Positions 12,660-25,799 of a stretch of 64,000 nt of DNA are shown piece after piece (position 1 is the first letter of the stretch; each line of letters opens with the position of its first letter). The notes under the pieces are model-generated. The model worked only from the letters and a program-made list of their open reading frames with translations. It was not told the DNA's origin and made no database searches. Made by a program: the position numbers and the translations under genes. Source of the DNA: Octopus vulgaris (taxonomy: Eukaryota); contig OX597826.1 of assembly GCA_951406725.2 (NCBI GenBank), positions 18,662,001 to 18,726,000 on the forward strand, written 5' to 3'.

Positions 12660-12800
12660 TAGCAGTTCAGCAAAAGAGACCAATAAAATAAGTACTAGGC
12701 TTACAAAGAATAAGTCCTGGGGTTGATTTGCTCAGCTAAAAGGCAGTACTCCAGTATGGCCACAGTCAAATGACTGAAACAAGTAAAAGACTAAAAGAGT
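12660..12800 (+). mobile_element. SINE family A, 3' end
   Basis: AATAAGTACTAGGCTTACAAAGAATAAGTCCTGGGG...TGACTGAAACAAGTAAAAGA tail. Confidence 0.8.
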
Positions 12801-13399
12801 ATATATCACAACAAAGCAATCTACAGCTCCACATCTCTTCTCTTCCTCACAATTCCTCCTTCATGCCCAATGCCTACCTCTCACTCCCCAATCCTGTCCT
12901 CACCGCCCTGTTTCTCTGTATCATTGATATCTGGTAGCTCCCCACTCACACTCACAATGCTCTATGTATACCCAGGTTTTCACCACTCGCTTTCCCTCAG
13001 TACTCTCTAATCACTCTTCTTTGGCAATATCCTGCCACTTATATTATGACCTTCAAACCTCAAGGGTATGCTCTGGCACTTGCCATCATCTATATCTCTC
13101 TCTGCCTTTACTCAACCATCCCATTTATATTCTGATCCCATCTCTTGTGAGTGTATGCCTGGCACTTTGCCACCATCTCTATCCTACTGTCTCCTACTAC
13201 CTCTCTCTCCTTCTGCACTTCCCTCAGGTTGGGTAACCTCATATCTCCTTTACAGCAACACACCTCTTTCTGTCTTCATTCTTGATCTCTCTCTTTTTCT
13301 CTCTCTCTCTTTCTCTCTTTCTCTCTGCAGCAAGACACCTATAACCTTTCATCATCTGACACAAGATCACCTCCTCCAATGCCCCCTCCCATCTCAAAA

Positions 13400-13745
13400 G
13401 ATTTTTTTTGTCTTGCAAGTTACTTGGTGACCCTACCAGTGCAGGTGCCACTTAAAAAGCATGCAGTCCACATTGTAATGTGGTTGGCATTTGGAAGGGC
13501 ATCCAGCTGTAAAAATCTTGCCAAAACTGACCTCGCCTGTGCTTGTGCCACATAAAAAGCACTAAGTCCACTTTGCTCAGTGGTTGGTGTCAGGAAGGGC
13601 ATCCAGCGGTAAAAGTTCTACCAAAACAGCCACAGAAGTCTGGTGCAGGCTTCGGCCTGGCCAGCTCCTGTCAAACTGTCCCGCCCATGCCAGCACGGAA
13701 GGCAGACATTAAACAATGAGGATGATGATGATGATGATGATGATA
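13400..13745 (+). mobile_element. RTE-type 3' tail with duplicated internal unit and (GAT)n tail
   Basis: Two copies of GGTTGG..GGAAGGGCATCCAGC, then CCCATGCCAGCACGG..ACATTAAAC-(GAT)n. Confidence 0.75.
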
Positions 13746-13942
13746 GTTAAGGAAGATTCAGGTAAAAACTTGTAGAATGCTATGCAAAATTTGTCCACAG
13801 TTATTAGCCACCTGAGTTATTGGCATCATACAGTGGAAATACTCCTGCTACTGGATATACATCAGGAATTCCATAGTATCCATAGACTTTATATAAATAG
13901 ACAAATAAAATAAAATGAAATTAATGACATTCTTTATTTAAA

Positions 13943-14055
13943 AATCACTACAATCGTTTCAACACATTCTCACATCTATTGTACATAGGTGAGATGTTGA
14001 GTGATCATTATCTTATCTTACATCCGAAGTGTAGAATGCACCTCCTCAGGAGATT
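13943..14055 (-). ncRNA. Type-I hammerhead ribozyme motif, CpG-decayed stems
   Basis: Minus strand: AAUCUC-CUGAGGA-GGUGCAUUC..GAAUGUGUU-GAAAC-GAUU-GUA-GUGAUU; stem I 5/6, stem II 9 bp with G.U pairs. Confidence 0.6.
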
Positions 14056-14111
14056 GCTTATATAAGTTCTTCAGTAGACATTCTTGCCATTTCAATCAGT
14101 TTGATAATGTA

Positions 14112-15013
14112 CAAGTGGTACCCAAAAGAAACCAGAATTTTGCAATATTATTTTATCGAGTTAGCTTTACATGTTTACACTTTTATCACCATCAAAGTAT
14201 TTGAAGCAATGCATCGATCCATGTGCATTTTCCACAGTGCAAAGCAGTGCTGGAACTCTTGCAAAGTGATGCCTTTTAATGTCTTCATCGTTTTCCTCTT
14301 CACCTGTTCACCTCTTCCACATCTGCAAATTCTATAGCACCAGCTTTCATCACCAGTGATGACCTTTGAAAAATGGTCCAGATCAACTTCCAACTGTTCT
14401 TTCATTTCATGATATGCATTCAGTCATGACTGCTTTTGATCTTCCGTGAGAAAGGGGGGCACAAATTTTGCTGCAACTCTTTTCATTTACAATTACTCGC
14501 TCAAACTTCATTGGTAGGAGCTCCAGGACACACTAGTCAAATCAACAAGTCCATCAATAGTTCAGTGATGGTCCTTCAAAATGAGTTCATGAATTTTCAT
14601 GTTTTCTTTCATTTGGGAGGTTGACAGTTGTCCTGAACAAGGTTGGTCTTTAAGCAACAAGTGGCCATTCCTAAAGCGTGGAAACCACTTGTAAACTAGT
14701 GTTTTGCTCATGGCAGCATTCTTGTAAATTGTCTGAAGTATGACACCTGTTTTGGCTGCTGTTTTCCTCAGCAGAAAACAGAATTTCATGGAAGCATATT
14801 GTCCCTTTGCTTCAGCCATCACGAAAATCAATGAACAGGGGAGAAACACAGCAAAACAAGGATGCACTGTGTGGAAGTATGACTTCCCCAATGATGCCAA
14901 TCAGCAGACTGATGCCTGAGGATCACATCAAGTGGTTTCTAGTGTCAGAAGCCTGAACTACAACAAGGTTGTCCCACAGAGAATATTTCCGGTTACTTTT
15001 TGGTCCCTCCTAG
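14112..15013 (-). mobile_element. Internally deleted mariner element with imperfect TIRs
   Basis: MKFCFLLRKTAAKT..MSKTLVYKWFPRFRNG and KVITGDESWCY; TIR-like ends near 14112-14140 and 14984-15013 flanked by TA. Confidence 0.85.
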
Positions 15014-15382
15014 TATATCTAGACCAATGTGTAATTTCCAGTAGTTTACAGACAAAATTAAAACCATAGGTATAGTGACAAACAAGATACAATTACAATC
15101 AAAATACAAAATATATAGATAAAAAATAGACAGAAGAAAAGAAATGGGTCAGGTTGAACTATAAATTTACATTCTCTCTTAATTGTGAAATTTTAAGAAA
15201 GTGTGAAACAGACTAAATAATAAGATAAATAATAAAATAAAATGTTAAGAGATAATAAAAGGTTAAGGCTGATCATTCTAGTACATATCAATGGGTTTTT
15301 TTGTCTCTTTTAAGGATCCAAATTACCTTCCTTCTCTTGCAACAGATTAGAACAGAGTTTTTATTTAGAATTAATTTATTAC

Positions 15383-15750
15383 TCTTTTACTCTTTTATTT
15401 GTTTCAGTCATTTGACTGTGACCATGCTGGAACACTGCCTTTAGTTGAATGAATTGACCCAAGGACTTATTCTTTGTAAACCTAGTACTTATTCTATTAG
15501 CCTCTTTTGCTGAACTGCTAAGTTACAGGGATGTAAACATTGGTTGCCAAGTGATGGTGAGGGCACAAACACAGACACACATACACACACACACACACAC
15601 ACAACAGGCTTCTTTCAGTTTCCCTCTACCAAATCCACTCACAAGGCTTTGGTTGGCCTGAGGCTATAGTCAAAGACACTTGCCAAAGGTGCCACATGAA
15701 GCCAGAACCATGTGGTTGGAAAGTAAGCTTCTTACCACACAGCCACACCT
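15383..15750 (-). mobile_element. Near full-length CORE-type SINE family A
   Basis: tRNA-like head (GGCTGTGTGGTAAGAAGCTT), CORE-like CCTTTGGCAAGTGTCTT, internal (GT)n and family A tail. Confidence 0.85.
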
Positions 15751-15970
15751 GATGGTAAAAGTTTTTATTTTTCATTTCGTTCCTTTTGGAATTTTATCCC
15801 TAATTTTGTGGTTTTAGAACCTATCTATTCTTTCTAGCATGATGAATCCCACGAGTGGATTCCTCTAATATGTATTAGAGTAATACATAGTCTTTGGACT
15901 AAATTTTTAAACGCTTGGCCACTGGAAGTGAAAATTTCTATTAATTTCCATTTCCCTTCGATATGATTAA

Positions 15971-16045
<75 letters not shown>

Positions 16046-16320
16046 TTTATGTATGTATGTATGTATTTATGTATGTATGTATGTATGTATGCATGTATGT
16101 ATGTAGGGATATATATATATATATATGCCTGTATATATATATATAAAATGTTTATATATATATGTAAATGTAAGTGTATTCTTTCAATGTGTACAAATAA
16201 CATGGAAAAAAAAAAAAAATATTTACCAAGGTAGCAAAAAATTCACATAAGTACCAAGGATGTTACAACCTAATTATAAAGGTGGAAATTCCAGGGTTTA
16301 GTGAAATGTTTTTTTATAAC

Positions 16321-16790
16321 AGATAAATAAAGAAATGGAGTTAAATGCAAGTGTTATTCAAATCTTCATATTTCCAACATATGTTTCAAAGTAAACATTG
16401 GTATTAGTCCAGAGGGTATAAAATGATGTAAAACAATGCCTTTAAGCTTTATTCCCATTCATCTATTGCACTACATTTCTCCACTTTTGGCATTCTGTTA
16501 ATTTCCTTCTTTCTCCTCCTCTTTCTCTAAATTGCATTTGGCGTTAAATCTATTAACGGTTTTTTTAAAAAATAACTTGCCAGCATTCCCTTCATCCTAT
16601 ATGCAGTAACCACATTCAGTTAAAATGGCTTATTGATGTATTTTGTTTCTCTTTTTTTCCTTGATGAGAAGATTGCAATGTTTTACATCATTTTATTCCC
16701 TCTGGAATAATACCAATGTTTTCTTTGAAACATATGTTGGAAGTATAAAGATTTAAAAAACACCTGCATTTAACTCCATTTCTTTATCTA
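16321..16790. repeat. Fold-back element with about 120-bp inverted arms (16321-16440 / 16672-16790)
   Basis: ATAAAGAAATGGAGTTAAATGCA..CCAACATATGTTTCAAAG..ATGATGTAAAACA is the reverse complement of the right arm; lies between (TA)n tracts. Confidence 0.9.
16657..16742 (+). ncRNA. Hammerhead ribozyme motif (C3 mutated) overlapping the right arm of the fold-back
   Basis: UUCC-uUGAUGA-GAAGA..UCUUU-GAAAC-AUAU-GUU-GGAA; stem I UUCC/GGAA, palindromic stem III ACAUAUGU. Confidence 0.6.
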
Positions 16791-17331
16791 TCAATCTATC
16801 TATATATATATATATACAATAGGCTTCTCTCTGTTTCCATCTGTGTAATTCAGTTTTTGGTCAACCTACAGTGTGTCTATTGTAGAAGACTTGTCCAAGA
16901 TGCCATGCAATGGGACCAAACCAAAGACCACATTATTAGGAAGCAAGCTTCTCAATGGCATAACTATGCTTTAACATATATCTATATATATTAGTTACTG
17001 TTTAACTTTCCACTACCAAGGAGCCTTTGTATGAGAATGGAGTGTTGAGTGGACCACTGGCCTCTCCAGGCATTTGAAAGGTTTGTTTAATCGACAAGAG
17101 AATTCTATTAATTAACAGAAAATCCATTTTTCTAGTTTCATCTATCAGTTGAAATTCAATGTATGATGACAGGAATATTATAATGAGACAATCTCTCTTA
17201 TCAGCTCATAGCGCACTTATCCAGTTTCTGTAGCTGAAGAGGAGATAACCACACCAAAATGCATGCATCCCACAGTCTGGGTAGGTGACGCAGTGAACTG
17301 ATTTTGATGTATTTACTTCTTTTATCTACAG

Positions 17332-17429
17332 TATGAAATTTTCTCCTTGACAAAACACAGTGAATGGCTTTCTTATGGGTTCAAATATGCTCCAAGCAAA
17401 TTTATTCCTGGCAACAACCTTTCAAATAT
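17332..17429 (+). CDS. Candidate host exon (possible start MGSNMLQANLFLATTFQI at 17375)
   Basis: Acceptor TTTACTTCTTTTATCTACAG and donor AT|GTAAGT in non-repetitive sequence. Confidence 0.35.
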
Positions 17430-17477
17430 GTAAGTAAATTAAATAGATTGCAATATAAAAAAAAAAGTACTTGTTAA

Positions 17478-19730
17478 ATGAGATAGTTGATACTGCTTTG
17501 TTGATACTATGATCTAGATTTTGGGGCACCAATGATGGTCAGTTTTAAGCAGAAATCAGGTTCCACAATATTTCTGTAAATGGATTTTATACAAAGCAAC
17601 TGGGAGAAAGCTTGAAATATGTAATTGGTAATGGAATTAAATATTTCAGTGTTTTGGATACCAAATCTGGGTAATAACTTTTCATATGGAAACAAAAGTC
17701 TACTACATCATGTTGAATGGAGTCACAGAAAAGTTCAATGAGACTGTTCTCTTCATCTGATGCTAAATGTTTGGCAGTTTTTATATTTATATGAAATAAA
17801 TAATCTGCCACAGCAAAATTCAATCCAACTCATGTAAACATGGAAAAGTGGGAGCTAAACTAATGATGATGGTGGTGGTGGTGGTGGTGACAATGACGAT
17901 GACAATGATGAGAATGGCAGCGACGACGATGACAACAGCAACAACAAAAATGATGACGACGACAATGACAATGATGATGAATAGGATGATAATGATGTCA
18001 TCCCATATCCAATTGTTACTGGTTTGTGGAGGAGGAAAACAACACCTTCATTCAGCACATCAAACTTGCAAGTGCTGAATGAAGAGGTTTCCTGTTTCTT
18101 TAGAATGGTCAGCATTATCATCAGCTGTTACAGAAAGTCCTGGAGCATTGGAAAGGATTCAGACACACCACAATCATAGTCTCCACGCTACGTTCAAATT
18201 TAGAAAATCTTAACCTTGTAGGCTCAAATTTAGGCTATTTGAATACTTGAAAATGCCACAGACATATATGCCGCAATAGCCAGCCATAAAATATTATTGA
18301 ACCACTTCTTTCCATAGAAAGAATTTTTTTCATAGGAAAAAGAAAAAAGAAAAAAAAAAGAATTATATTTCATAATGCAAGGCAAATATGCAAGTAAGTA
18401 CTTTACCACAAAACAGCAAATGCATTTGAGAATGCAAGAATAGCAGTTCAAGGCTACTGCTCATCTTCTCACAAAAACACTAAAATTACAAGAATTAAAT
18501 GAGCTTCTGTAAAATCAACTGCTTTCACTGCCTCCTTGTGTTCTATTCAATTTTCCTGTCATGTTTCTTGGCTGCCAATGCTTCCCTATTTATGCAGCAA
18601 TGATATTTGATATTTCATCTTGAATATTTGCCTTGAGTGTCTCTGTATTTTCCTAACATTTATAGGAATCTCATCAGTTCTGACTCCTTCACATTTTGAC
18701 CACACATTTTAATTATTCTTCATTATTAAATTGTTCAAATTACTAAAAATAGACTCACTAGTTATATGTGTTGAAAATGACTGGCAAAACTTTGCTGCCA
18801 TTAAATTCATATTGTATGAATGCAAGGAAATCAGCACAGTTAGAAATATTTGTACTTATACAAAATTCTAAAGAATAGTATTCACTTTTAAGAACTCTTA
18901 TCAATGATTTCCAACATTTTCAGAGATGTCTTCTATCCGCCACTTCACTGTGTTGCTTGATAATGGAATGATATCGTAATTCCTGGCTATTTTGTCTCTA
19001 TGCATTCTAAAGACTTTGGCAGTAGGTAAAATTAGTTCCTCCACTGTTGTGTGTGGTTTTCCAGTCTTTGCTATTAAAAGAGACACATCATATGATGCAA
19101 ACAGTACTTTTATTATGCTAGTCACTATTTTTCGACTAACTTTTGTCATGAAAGTAGTTCATGCAATCTTCTTTGAATATATTCAAAGGGTTTGTTCATG
19201 TTTTCTTTATGCTTCGTTTCTAAATATTGGCAAAGTTTGGTTGGCTTCATGCTTTCATTGGACAGTATTTGATAACACAGAACATGCTGAGGTTTCTCTT
19301 TATTTTCATGGTAGCTGTTTATAAAATTCTAAAGGATACGTACTCATTTATGAGTTTTCCATTTTGAAACATGAGTCACTAATTTTTCCATTTAAACATA
19401 TTGTATTTTTACCTATATTTTCACCATGTTTTTTTTCTTTTATTGTTTTAATGTATTTCCAGTTTTTAACCAAGAATCCATAATTTCCAGTTTATAACCA
19501 AAAATCCATAATTTCCAGAGGATTATATAATCAGTTATATAAAGAATTTTTTTCACTGATGCATTTAATATTGTTGCAAAGAGAATAAATCACATAGATA
19601 CATATACCATACAGAATTTATTCAAATATACTATGTTGAAATGGAATCCTTTATATTTATGGTGTTAAAAAATCATGTATCTTGTTCACAAGTGGTCCTT
19701 TGTATTAATGCTGCAAGTAGTCAATTTCTG
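17478..19730 (-). mobile_element. Decayed hAT Charlie/Buster transposon
   Basis: ASYDVSLLIAKTGKPHTTVEELILP..IPLSSNTVKWRIEDIS (Buster/Charlie signature) and C-terminal dimerisation remnant ENSLIELFCD..KYLIPLPITY; many frameshifts; apparent insertion near 17830-18230. Confidence 0.85.
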
Positions 19731-19787
19731 GTAAAGCATTCACATGATGATCTGTCACATACCATTATCATAATATACAATAACCAT

Positions 19788-19968
19788 AAGGCAGCGAGCT
19801 GGCAGAAACGTTGGCCTGCCAGGTGAAATGTTTAGCAGTATTTCGTCTGCCATTACGTTCTGAGTTGAAATGTCGCTGAGGTCAACTTTGCCTTTCATCC
19901 TTCCGGGGTCAATAAATTAAGTACCAGTTGCATACTGAGGTCAATGTAATCAACTAGCCCCCTCCCCA
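19788..19968 (+). mobile_element. tRNA-derived SINE family B
   Basis: GGCAGCGAGCTGGCAGAAACG..TTCTGAGTT..GCCTTTCATCCTTCCGGGGTCAATAAATTAAGTACCAG. Confidence 0.8.
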
Positions 19969-20139
19969 AAAGACTGAAAGGAGGTCTGCATCCAAATAAC
20001 TTTACTCAACACTTTGCAACTGAATCGGTGGAGGCAAAGATGCCTCTCATTTACTTGACAATTTATACACCACATTGGAGAAATCACAATCTAAGTATAT
20101 GTCAAAGCAAACTCTTACACTGCTGTACCATTGAATTAC

Positions 20140-20823
20140 AAATAATGCTCATATTTTATGCTCAGGTGACCCTACAGCTTCCAAGAGTACAACTGTATTC
20201 GTCTTAGATAAAATGACAAAATTGTGGGTGTTAAGTCCCCATGAAGGGGTCTTTCTAACTTGTAAGAAGGTGAAATTTTATAAATATTACTTCATTTGTG
20301 TCTAATATCTATGGTTAAAATTACATCAACAGCAAAAATTTCATCAACAGCAAAAATATATGAATTGTCATGGGGATTATGGCCCTTATGCATAGAATAT
20401 AATTTCCAAATTTCATAAAGATCCATTCAGTACTTTTGACCTAGTTTTGGATCATAAAAGAAATGACTAAAATTTGGGAGTTAAGGTCCCCATTAGGGTG
20501 TCTTAGAATCCTCATGTGAAGTGGAAACTTTGAGAATACTTCTTGATGTGTGTCAATGACCCATGGTTGAAATTTCATTAAGCCATCTGAAATTCAAACC
20601 AAACATATTGCATTATACCTGCTCTATGCATTGAATCTAAGCTTCAAATATCATAAGGATCCATTCAGTAAATTTGGTCCATGAAATTGTATGAAACACA
20701 CAGCATTACCCTTCTCCTAGGCTTGGATTTTGTACTCCAAATTTCATTATGATCGGTGCAGCAGTTTTCGAATGTATAAGTAACACACGAACACATAAAG
20801 ACATTGACTTTGATATAATAGAT
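20140..20823 (-). mobile_element. Non-autonomous Helitron/DINE-like element (tentative)
   Basis: Minus-strand start TCTATTATATCAAAGTCAATGTC..GCACCGATCATAATGAAATTT and repeated AAATTTCAT/GATCCATTCAGTA units. Confidence 0.45.
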
Positions 20824-20974
20824 ATGAATATGCACATATACATACATGTATATATATATATATATATGTGTGTGTGCATGTTTGTGTATTATATATATAC
20901 ACACACACTCAAACAAAGATAAATTGATAGATACAACTGAGTGGGCAAGGAAAAGTATGAGATACAACCTAGTG

Positions 20975-21300
20975 CTTTTTTTTATGTTGATAAGCCTGGT
21001 ACTTATTCTATTAGTTTCTTCTTGTGAAACCAGTTAGTTGTGGGGATGTAAATAAACGAACAGCAGTTGTGAAGCAGTGATGAGGGTGAAACACAGAGAC
21101 AAAGACACACACATACACTTACATATTTACATACATATATATATGATTGATTTTTTTCAGTTTCTGTCTACGAAATCCACTGACAAGGCTTTGGTTGGTC
21201 TGAGGCTATAGCAGAAGACACATCCCAAGTCACTACACAGTGGGACTGAACCCAGGACTATGTGTTTTGGAACCAAGTTTGTTACCACACATCCACACCT
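20975..21300 (-). mobile_element. SINE family A, degenerate
   Basis: AAATCCACTGACAAGGCTTTGGTTGGTCTGAGGCTATAG..GGGACTGAACCC..TTACCACAC. Confidence 0.75.
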
Positions 21301-21511
21301 GCACATGTGTGTGTGTGTGTGTGCGTGTGTGTGTATGGGTGTATATATGTAAGCTTGTATATATATGTATATATATGTGTACATATTACATGTACATCTA
21401 TATATATATACATCTACACATATACATGTATACATATACATCTATATCTATAGAAATGCATCTATAGATATACATCTATACGTATACATGTATACATACA
21501 CATGTATATAT

Positions 21512-21692
21512 ATCATCATCATCATCATCATCGTTTAGCATCCGCTTTCCATGCTAGCATGGGTTGGACGGGTCAACTGGGGTCTGTGAAGCTGGAAGGC
21601 TTCGTCAGGCCCAGTCAGATCTGGCAGTGTTTCTATGGCTGGATGCCCTTCCTAACGCCAACCACTCTGCGAGTGTAGTGGGTGTTTTTTAC
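21512..21692 (-). mobile_element. RTE-type 3' tail
   Basis: (CAT)n CGTTTAGCATCCGCTTTCCATGCTAGCATGG..GCTGGATGCCCTTCCTAACGCCAACC. Confidence 0.8.
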
Positions 21693-21763
21693 GTATATAT
21701 ATATATATATATACATCCATATATATACATGTATATATATATACATATATATATATATACATG

Positions 21764-21810
<47 letters not shown>

Positions 21811-21874
21811 ATATATATATTATATATTTGCATGTATATATGTATGTATGCCTGTATATATGTGAGATAATAGT

Positions 21875-22162
21875 TTTACTTTAATAGTTTCAGTATTAAA
21901 GTGAAACTATTAAAGTGAAAGCATCTGACATTACAATAGAGAGATGTTATTGTTTCACTTTTGACACGTAAAACTGAAATAGTGGAGAAGATATGATATT
22001 GCTGTGGGCTCACACTAGGCAAGAAGTTAAAAAATTTTTGGGCCTATGACACTACATGGGCCCTAAGTAAATCATGTGTAAAATTTGAATGAAATTGGTT
22101 GTGTAGTTCTCAAGTTTTAGGGATTCACAGAGACAGACACACAGACAGACAGACATTCTCAT

Positions 22163-22170
<8 letters not shown>
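21875..22170 (-). mobile_element. Non-autonomous Helitron/DINE-like element (tentative)
   Basis: Minus strand (TA)n-AAAGATGAGAATG-(TCTG)n..CAACCAATTTCATTCAAATTTTACAC, a layout typical of DINE/Helitron 5' ends. Confidence 0.5.
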
Positions 22171-22207
<37 letters not shown>

Positions 22208-22305
22208 CAAACTGAAAATAAAAACAAAAAACAGCAAAAGTCAGAAAGATGTACACAATGAATGTATTAGGTTGACACACAGTTTAAGATGAAATAAAGA
22301 GCAGA

Positions 22306-22340
22306 GTGTGACATTTTGAGCAAAGCTCATCATCAGAAAG
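22306..22340 (-). ncRNA. Degenerate minimal hammerhead motif in a (TA)n-flanked element of about 220 bp (22205-22425)
   Basis: UUU-CUGAUGA-u-GAGC-UUU-GCUC-aAAAu-GUC; CGAAACG decayed to CAAAATG at both CpGs. Confidence 0.5.
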
Positions 22341-22424
22341 AGGTAAGGAGAAAGGTCTGGAGAAGAGGTAAAAAACTAGTCCAAGAAAAGCATGTGTGTG
22401 ATTACATGGCTGAAGTGACTGGAA

Positions 22425-22465
<41 letters not shown>

Positions 22466-22879
22466 ATGACTCAACAACAAAGTTGAAGAATATTGTGTTG
22501 ATCTTCATCTCAGGGAGATTCACTCCTTAAAATTTATTTGTGACATTCATTCATTCTGTGTGTATTATTTCTATGTACAATTTTGTCATGTAAAAATCAA
22601 AGAAGAATATCATACGTGCAATTTATAATGGCCATAAGAATTTATTACAATTAGATTGATGTGTCAACCAGAAGGGAGTATAAATAGAATTATTATTAAA
22701 CATCATGCAACAGTTTTCTTTATTGTTGGCTAAATTCCTACATACTGTAACTTCATTTCTTTCTGTTGTTTCACCTTCTTTTTTAAGTTAATGATTATGA
22801 AGAAGAAAAGAAAAGGATACACTGCACAGAAATGAAAGGTTAAAAGATGAACTGGAAAGAACAACACCATCAGGATTTT

Positions 22880-23870
22880 GATTGTGAATGCTATAACAGT
22901 GACATAAGTAGAGACATAGAAAGGGAATGACACTACAGAGACACTGACAGAAACAAAAGTGGTGATACATAAAACATATCACAGTGACATAAACAGTGAA
23001 ACAGGCACAGTAGCAGAAAGTAAGTACCATCCCTGTGACACAAACAGAAACAGTTTCTGATAGAGAGCAGAAAGTAAGTACCATCCCTGTGACACAAACA
23101 GAAACAGTTTCTGATAGAGAGCAGAAAGTAAGTACCATCCCTGTGACACAAACAGAAACAGTTTCTGATAGAGAGTAGAAAGTAAGTACCATCCCTGTGA
23201 CACAAACAGAAACAGTTTCTGATGCATAGAGAAGAAAGTGACTGACATCTGAGTGACACAAACAGAATCAATTGATAAAAAATACAATAGAAATTATGTG
23301 ACACTGCAGTAACACAGAGTCAGTTACTGACAGACAACAGAAAACAATTGACATTATAGTGATTCATACAAAAGTAAGAGTTAATACAGAATGTGATGGT
23401 TGACAGACTGAAACATAGACAGTTGCTGATACAGACAGAAGAGAATGAATGTCATTACAATGACACACACACACACACACACACACACAGAGGCAATTTC
23501 TGATACAAACAACCAAAAGAGACAACATTATAGTAACACACTGACTATTGCTGATAGACAGCAACAAGTGAGTGACATTACAATGGCACAGAGATAATAG
23601 CCAATACAGATAATAAAAAATGAGTGACATTACAGTGACACAGACACATTTTCTGATACAAAAAACAGAACCTTACAAACAATTGCTGATGCCAACAGCA
23701 GAAAACATTTGATATCAGAGTGACATTGCTACAGTGACACACAGACAGACAATTGCTAAGACATGAAAAAGAAAACTAGTGACAGTACAGTCACCCAAAC
23801 AGAGGTACTTGCTGGTACAGACAATAGGAAAAGAGTGACAGTTCAATGGTACTAGTGATACAGACATCAG
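22880..23870. repeat. 54-bp minisatellite: 4 near-identical units (about 23011-23225) with diverged flanking units
   Basis: Unit AGCAGAAAGTAAGTACCATCCCTGTGACACAAACAGAAACAGTTTCTGATAGAG. Confidence 0.9.
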
Positions 23871-24521
23871 AATATCTAAAACTAATAAAATGATATAATA
23901 CTAAGATTATGACATTAATTTCATATTTGTTTTAGTTAGGTTTTTTACTCTAATTTGTAATTGATAAAACTGAGATGCTTTGATAAAATATGATCAGTAA
24001 AAATTTAAACCGGTAAATTGAAATATCTGAAAGAGGAATATGAATCAAAATTCATTTTTTAAAGAAAATATTCAAATTTAGATAGTCAAAAAAATGACTC
24101 AATTTGAATTTCAATTTCACATTAAAAATCTTTCTCACTAAATACAAATATCTCAGATGAAATTTCAAACTGCAAACATGTTTATAAAATCATCACTTCT
24201 ATAAAATAAACATGTATAGAATGAGATCTTTCTCAAAAGTTGCTAATATGCTCTATAAATTCACATAGCCACATATGGGACATGAAAATCAACTACAATG
24301 TTCAACTATCAGCTGAAGCACAAATTATGTACAGGGATAGGGTACCTTACATCCTCAAAAACAATACAAATTAGATTCTATAATCCTTGATGCAAAATAT
24401 ATATTATTAGAAATCAGGGAGAATGATGCAAGGCTACGGATAAGATTCACAGCATTTAGAACCTTCTACCATCAATATCTCTGCAATTACACATGAACAT
24501 CAACTCTTTCTCTCTCTCTCA

Positions 24522-24586
<65 letters not shown>

Positions 24587-25799
24587 CAATGAAACTTAAA
24601 TATCAATGTTGAGATGTTTAGTGTAAACAACTTAGCAAGACATGTATTTGACAGCACACAAAGATGGCTCTAGCTGTCAGCTATCATCATCTGCTTATTT
24701 GTGTTATCAAAATTTTCTGAATTGATAATGAGGGTAAGACGCAAAACATTAGAGTACAATTTTGTCTTGAAAGTTTTATATTTGATATTCCATCAGTAAT
24801 TGAATAAAATGATCAGAATTTCAGAAAAACAGAACATTAATCCTTGCAACCAGCTTGGTTGAACCATTATCACTGTTGAAGGTTCCACCAACACTAATTC
24901 ATTCCAATCTATGCTTTTATAGGGTTAGTGGATGAAGGAGCCAGTAACTAAGATTGAATTCTTGCAACAAAATGCACTTCACCATGGGCTGCAAGATAAA
25001 GTCTTCCACTGTCCGTCCAGTGGGTTTCTGCACAGCTTCTGTCAACTTAATTTCACTCGCAAAGCTTGGGCTGACTTAAGGCTGTGATAGAAGATACTTA
25101 GCAAAAGTGCTGCACAAGGTAACTGAACTTGAAATGACATTATTGCAAAATTTCCTAACTACATTACCACATTTTATTACACTACTGTTCTGTTGACTTA
25201 GCATATCTTGTTTTAGTGGGGCTAAGAAGAATTAAAAACTGCAGACTACTATTAACTTGTTGATGAAGGATTGGTAGACATCTCATAGAGTAAAATACTT
25301 CAGTGGTTGAAGATGATTCTTTTCATTCAGTGTTTACGGCTGATTTTTTGATATAGCTGTCCAGTCATTTCACAAATGGAATGAAAAATAAACAAATAGT
25401 AACAATTTATCATGCAATAAATGCTATTATTTAATGTTTAGACATGGGAACTAAATAGTGCCTGGTGGTGTTAAGGTAGTCAGTAAATCCTGTATTGATC
25501 AACAAGATGTCTGGGAAATGCCAGCAAGGGAATGACAAAAATGCAATTGGGTGAGGCTAATAGTACATCTCTAAACATTTCAAGATAACTTAAAGATACT
25601 GAAGAAAGTGAGATTTCCCATTCACTAGCAATCAAGAGATTGTATCTCAATGTAATGTACTTATTCCATAATCTCCACAGTTCCCAGCACCTGTTGCTAT
25701 ATTAACCAACCATCCAACCAACCAACCAGCCTGCCTGCCTGTCTGCCTGCCTACCTATCGGATTGGCTGCTGTTCACATCATCTTGTGTAAGTTCATAT

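Noticed and set aside
17478-19730. Domesticated ZBED/SCAND3-like gene
   Set aside because: Multiple frameshifts, stops and an insertion; a transposon fossil.
23011-23225. CRISPR-like regular repeats (also 44730-44920)
   Set aside because: Head-to-tail units without unique spacers, no cas genes, eukaryotic context.
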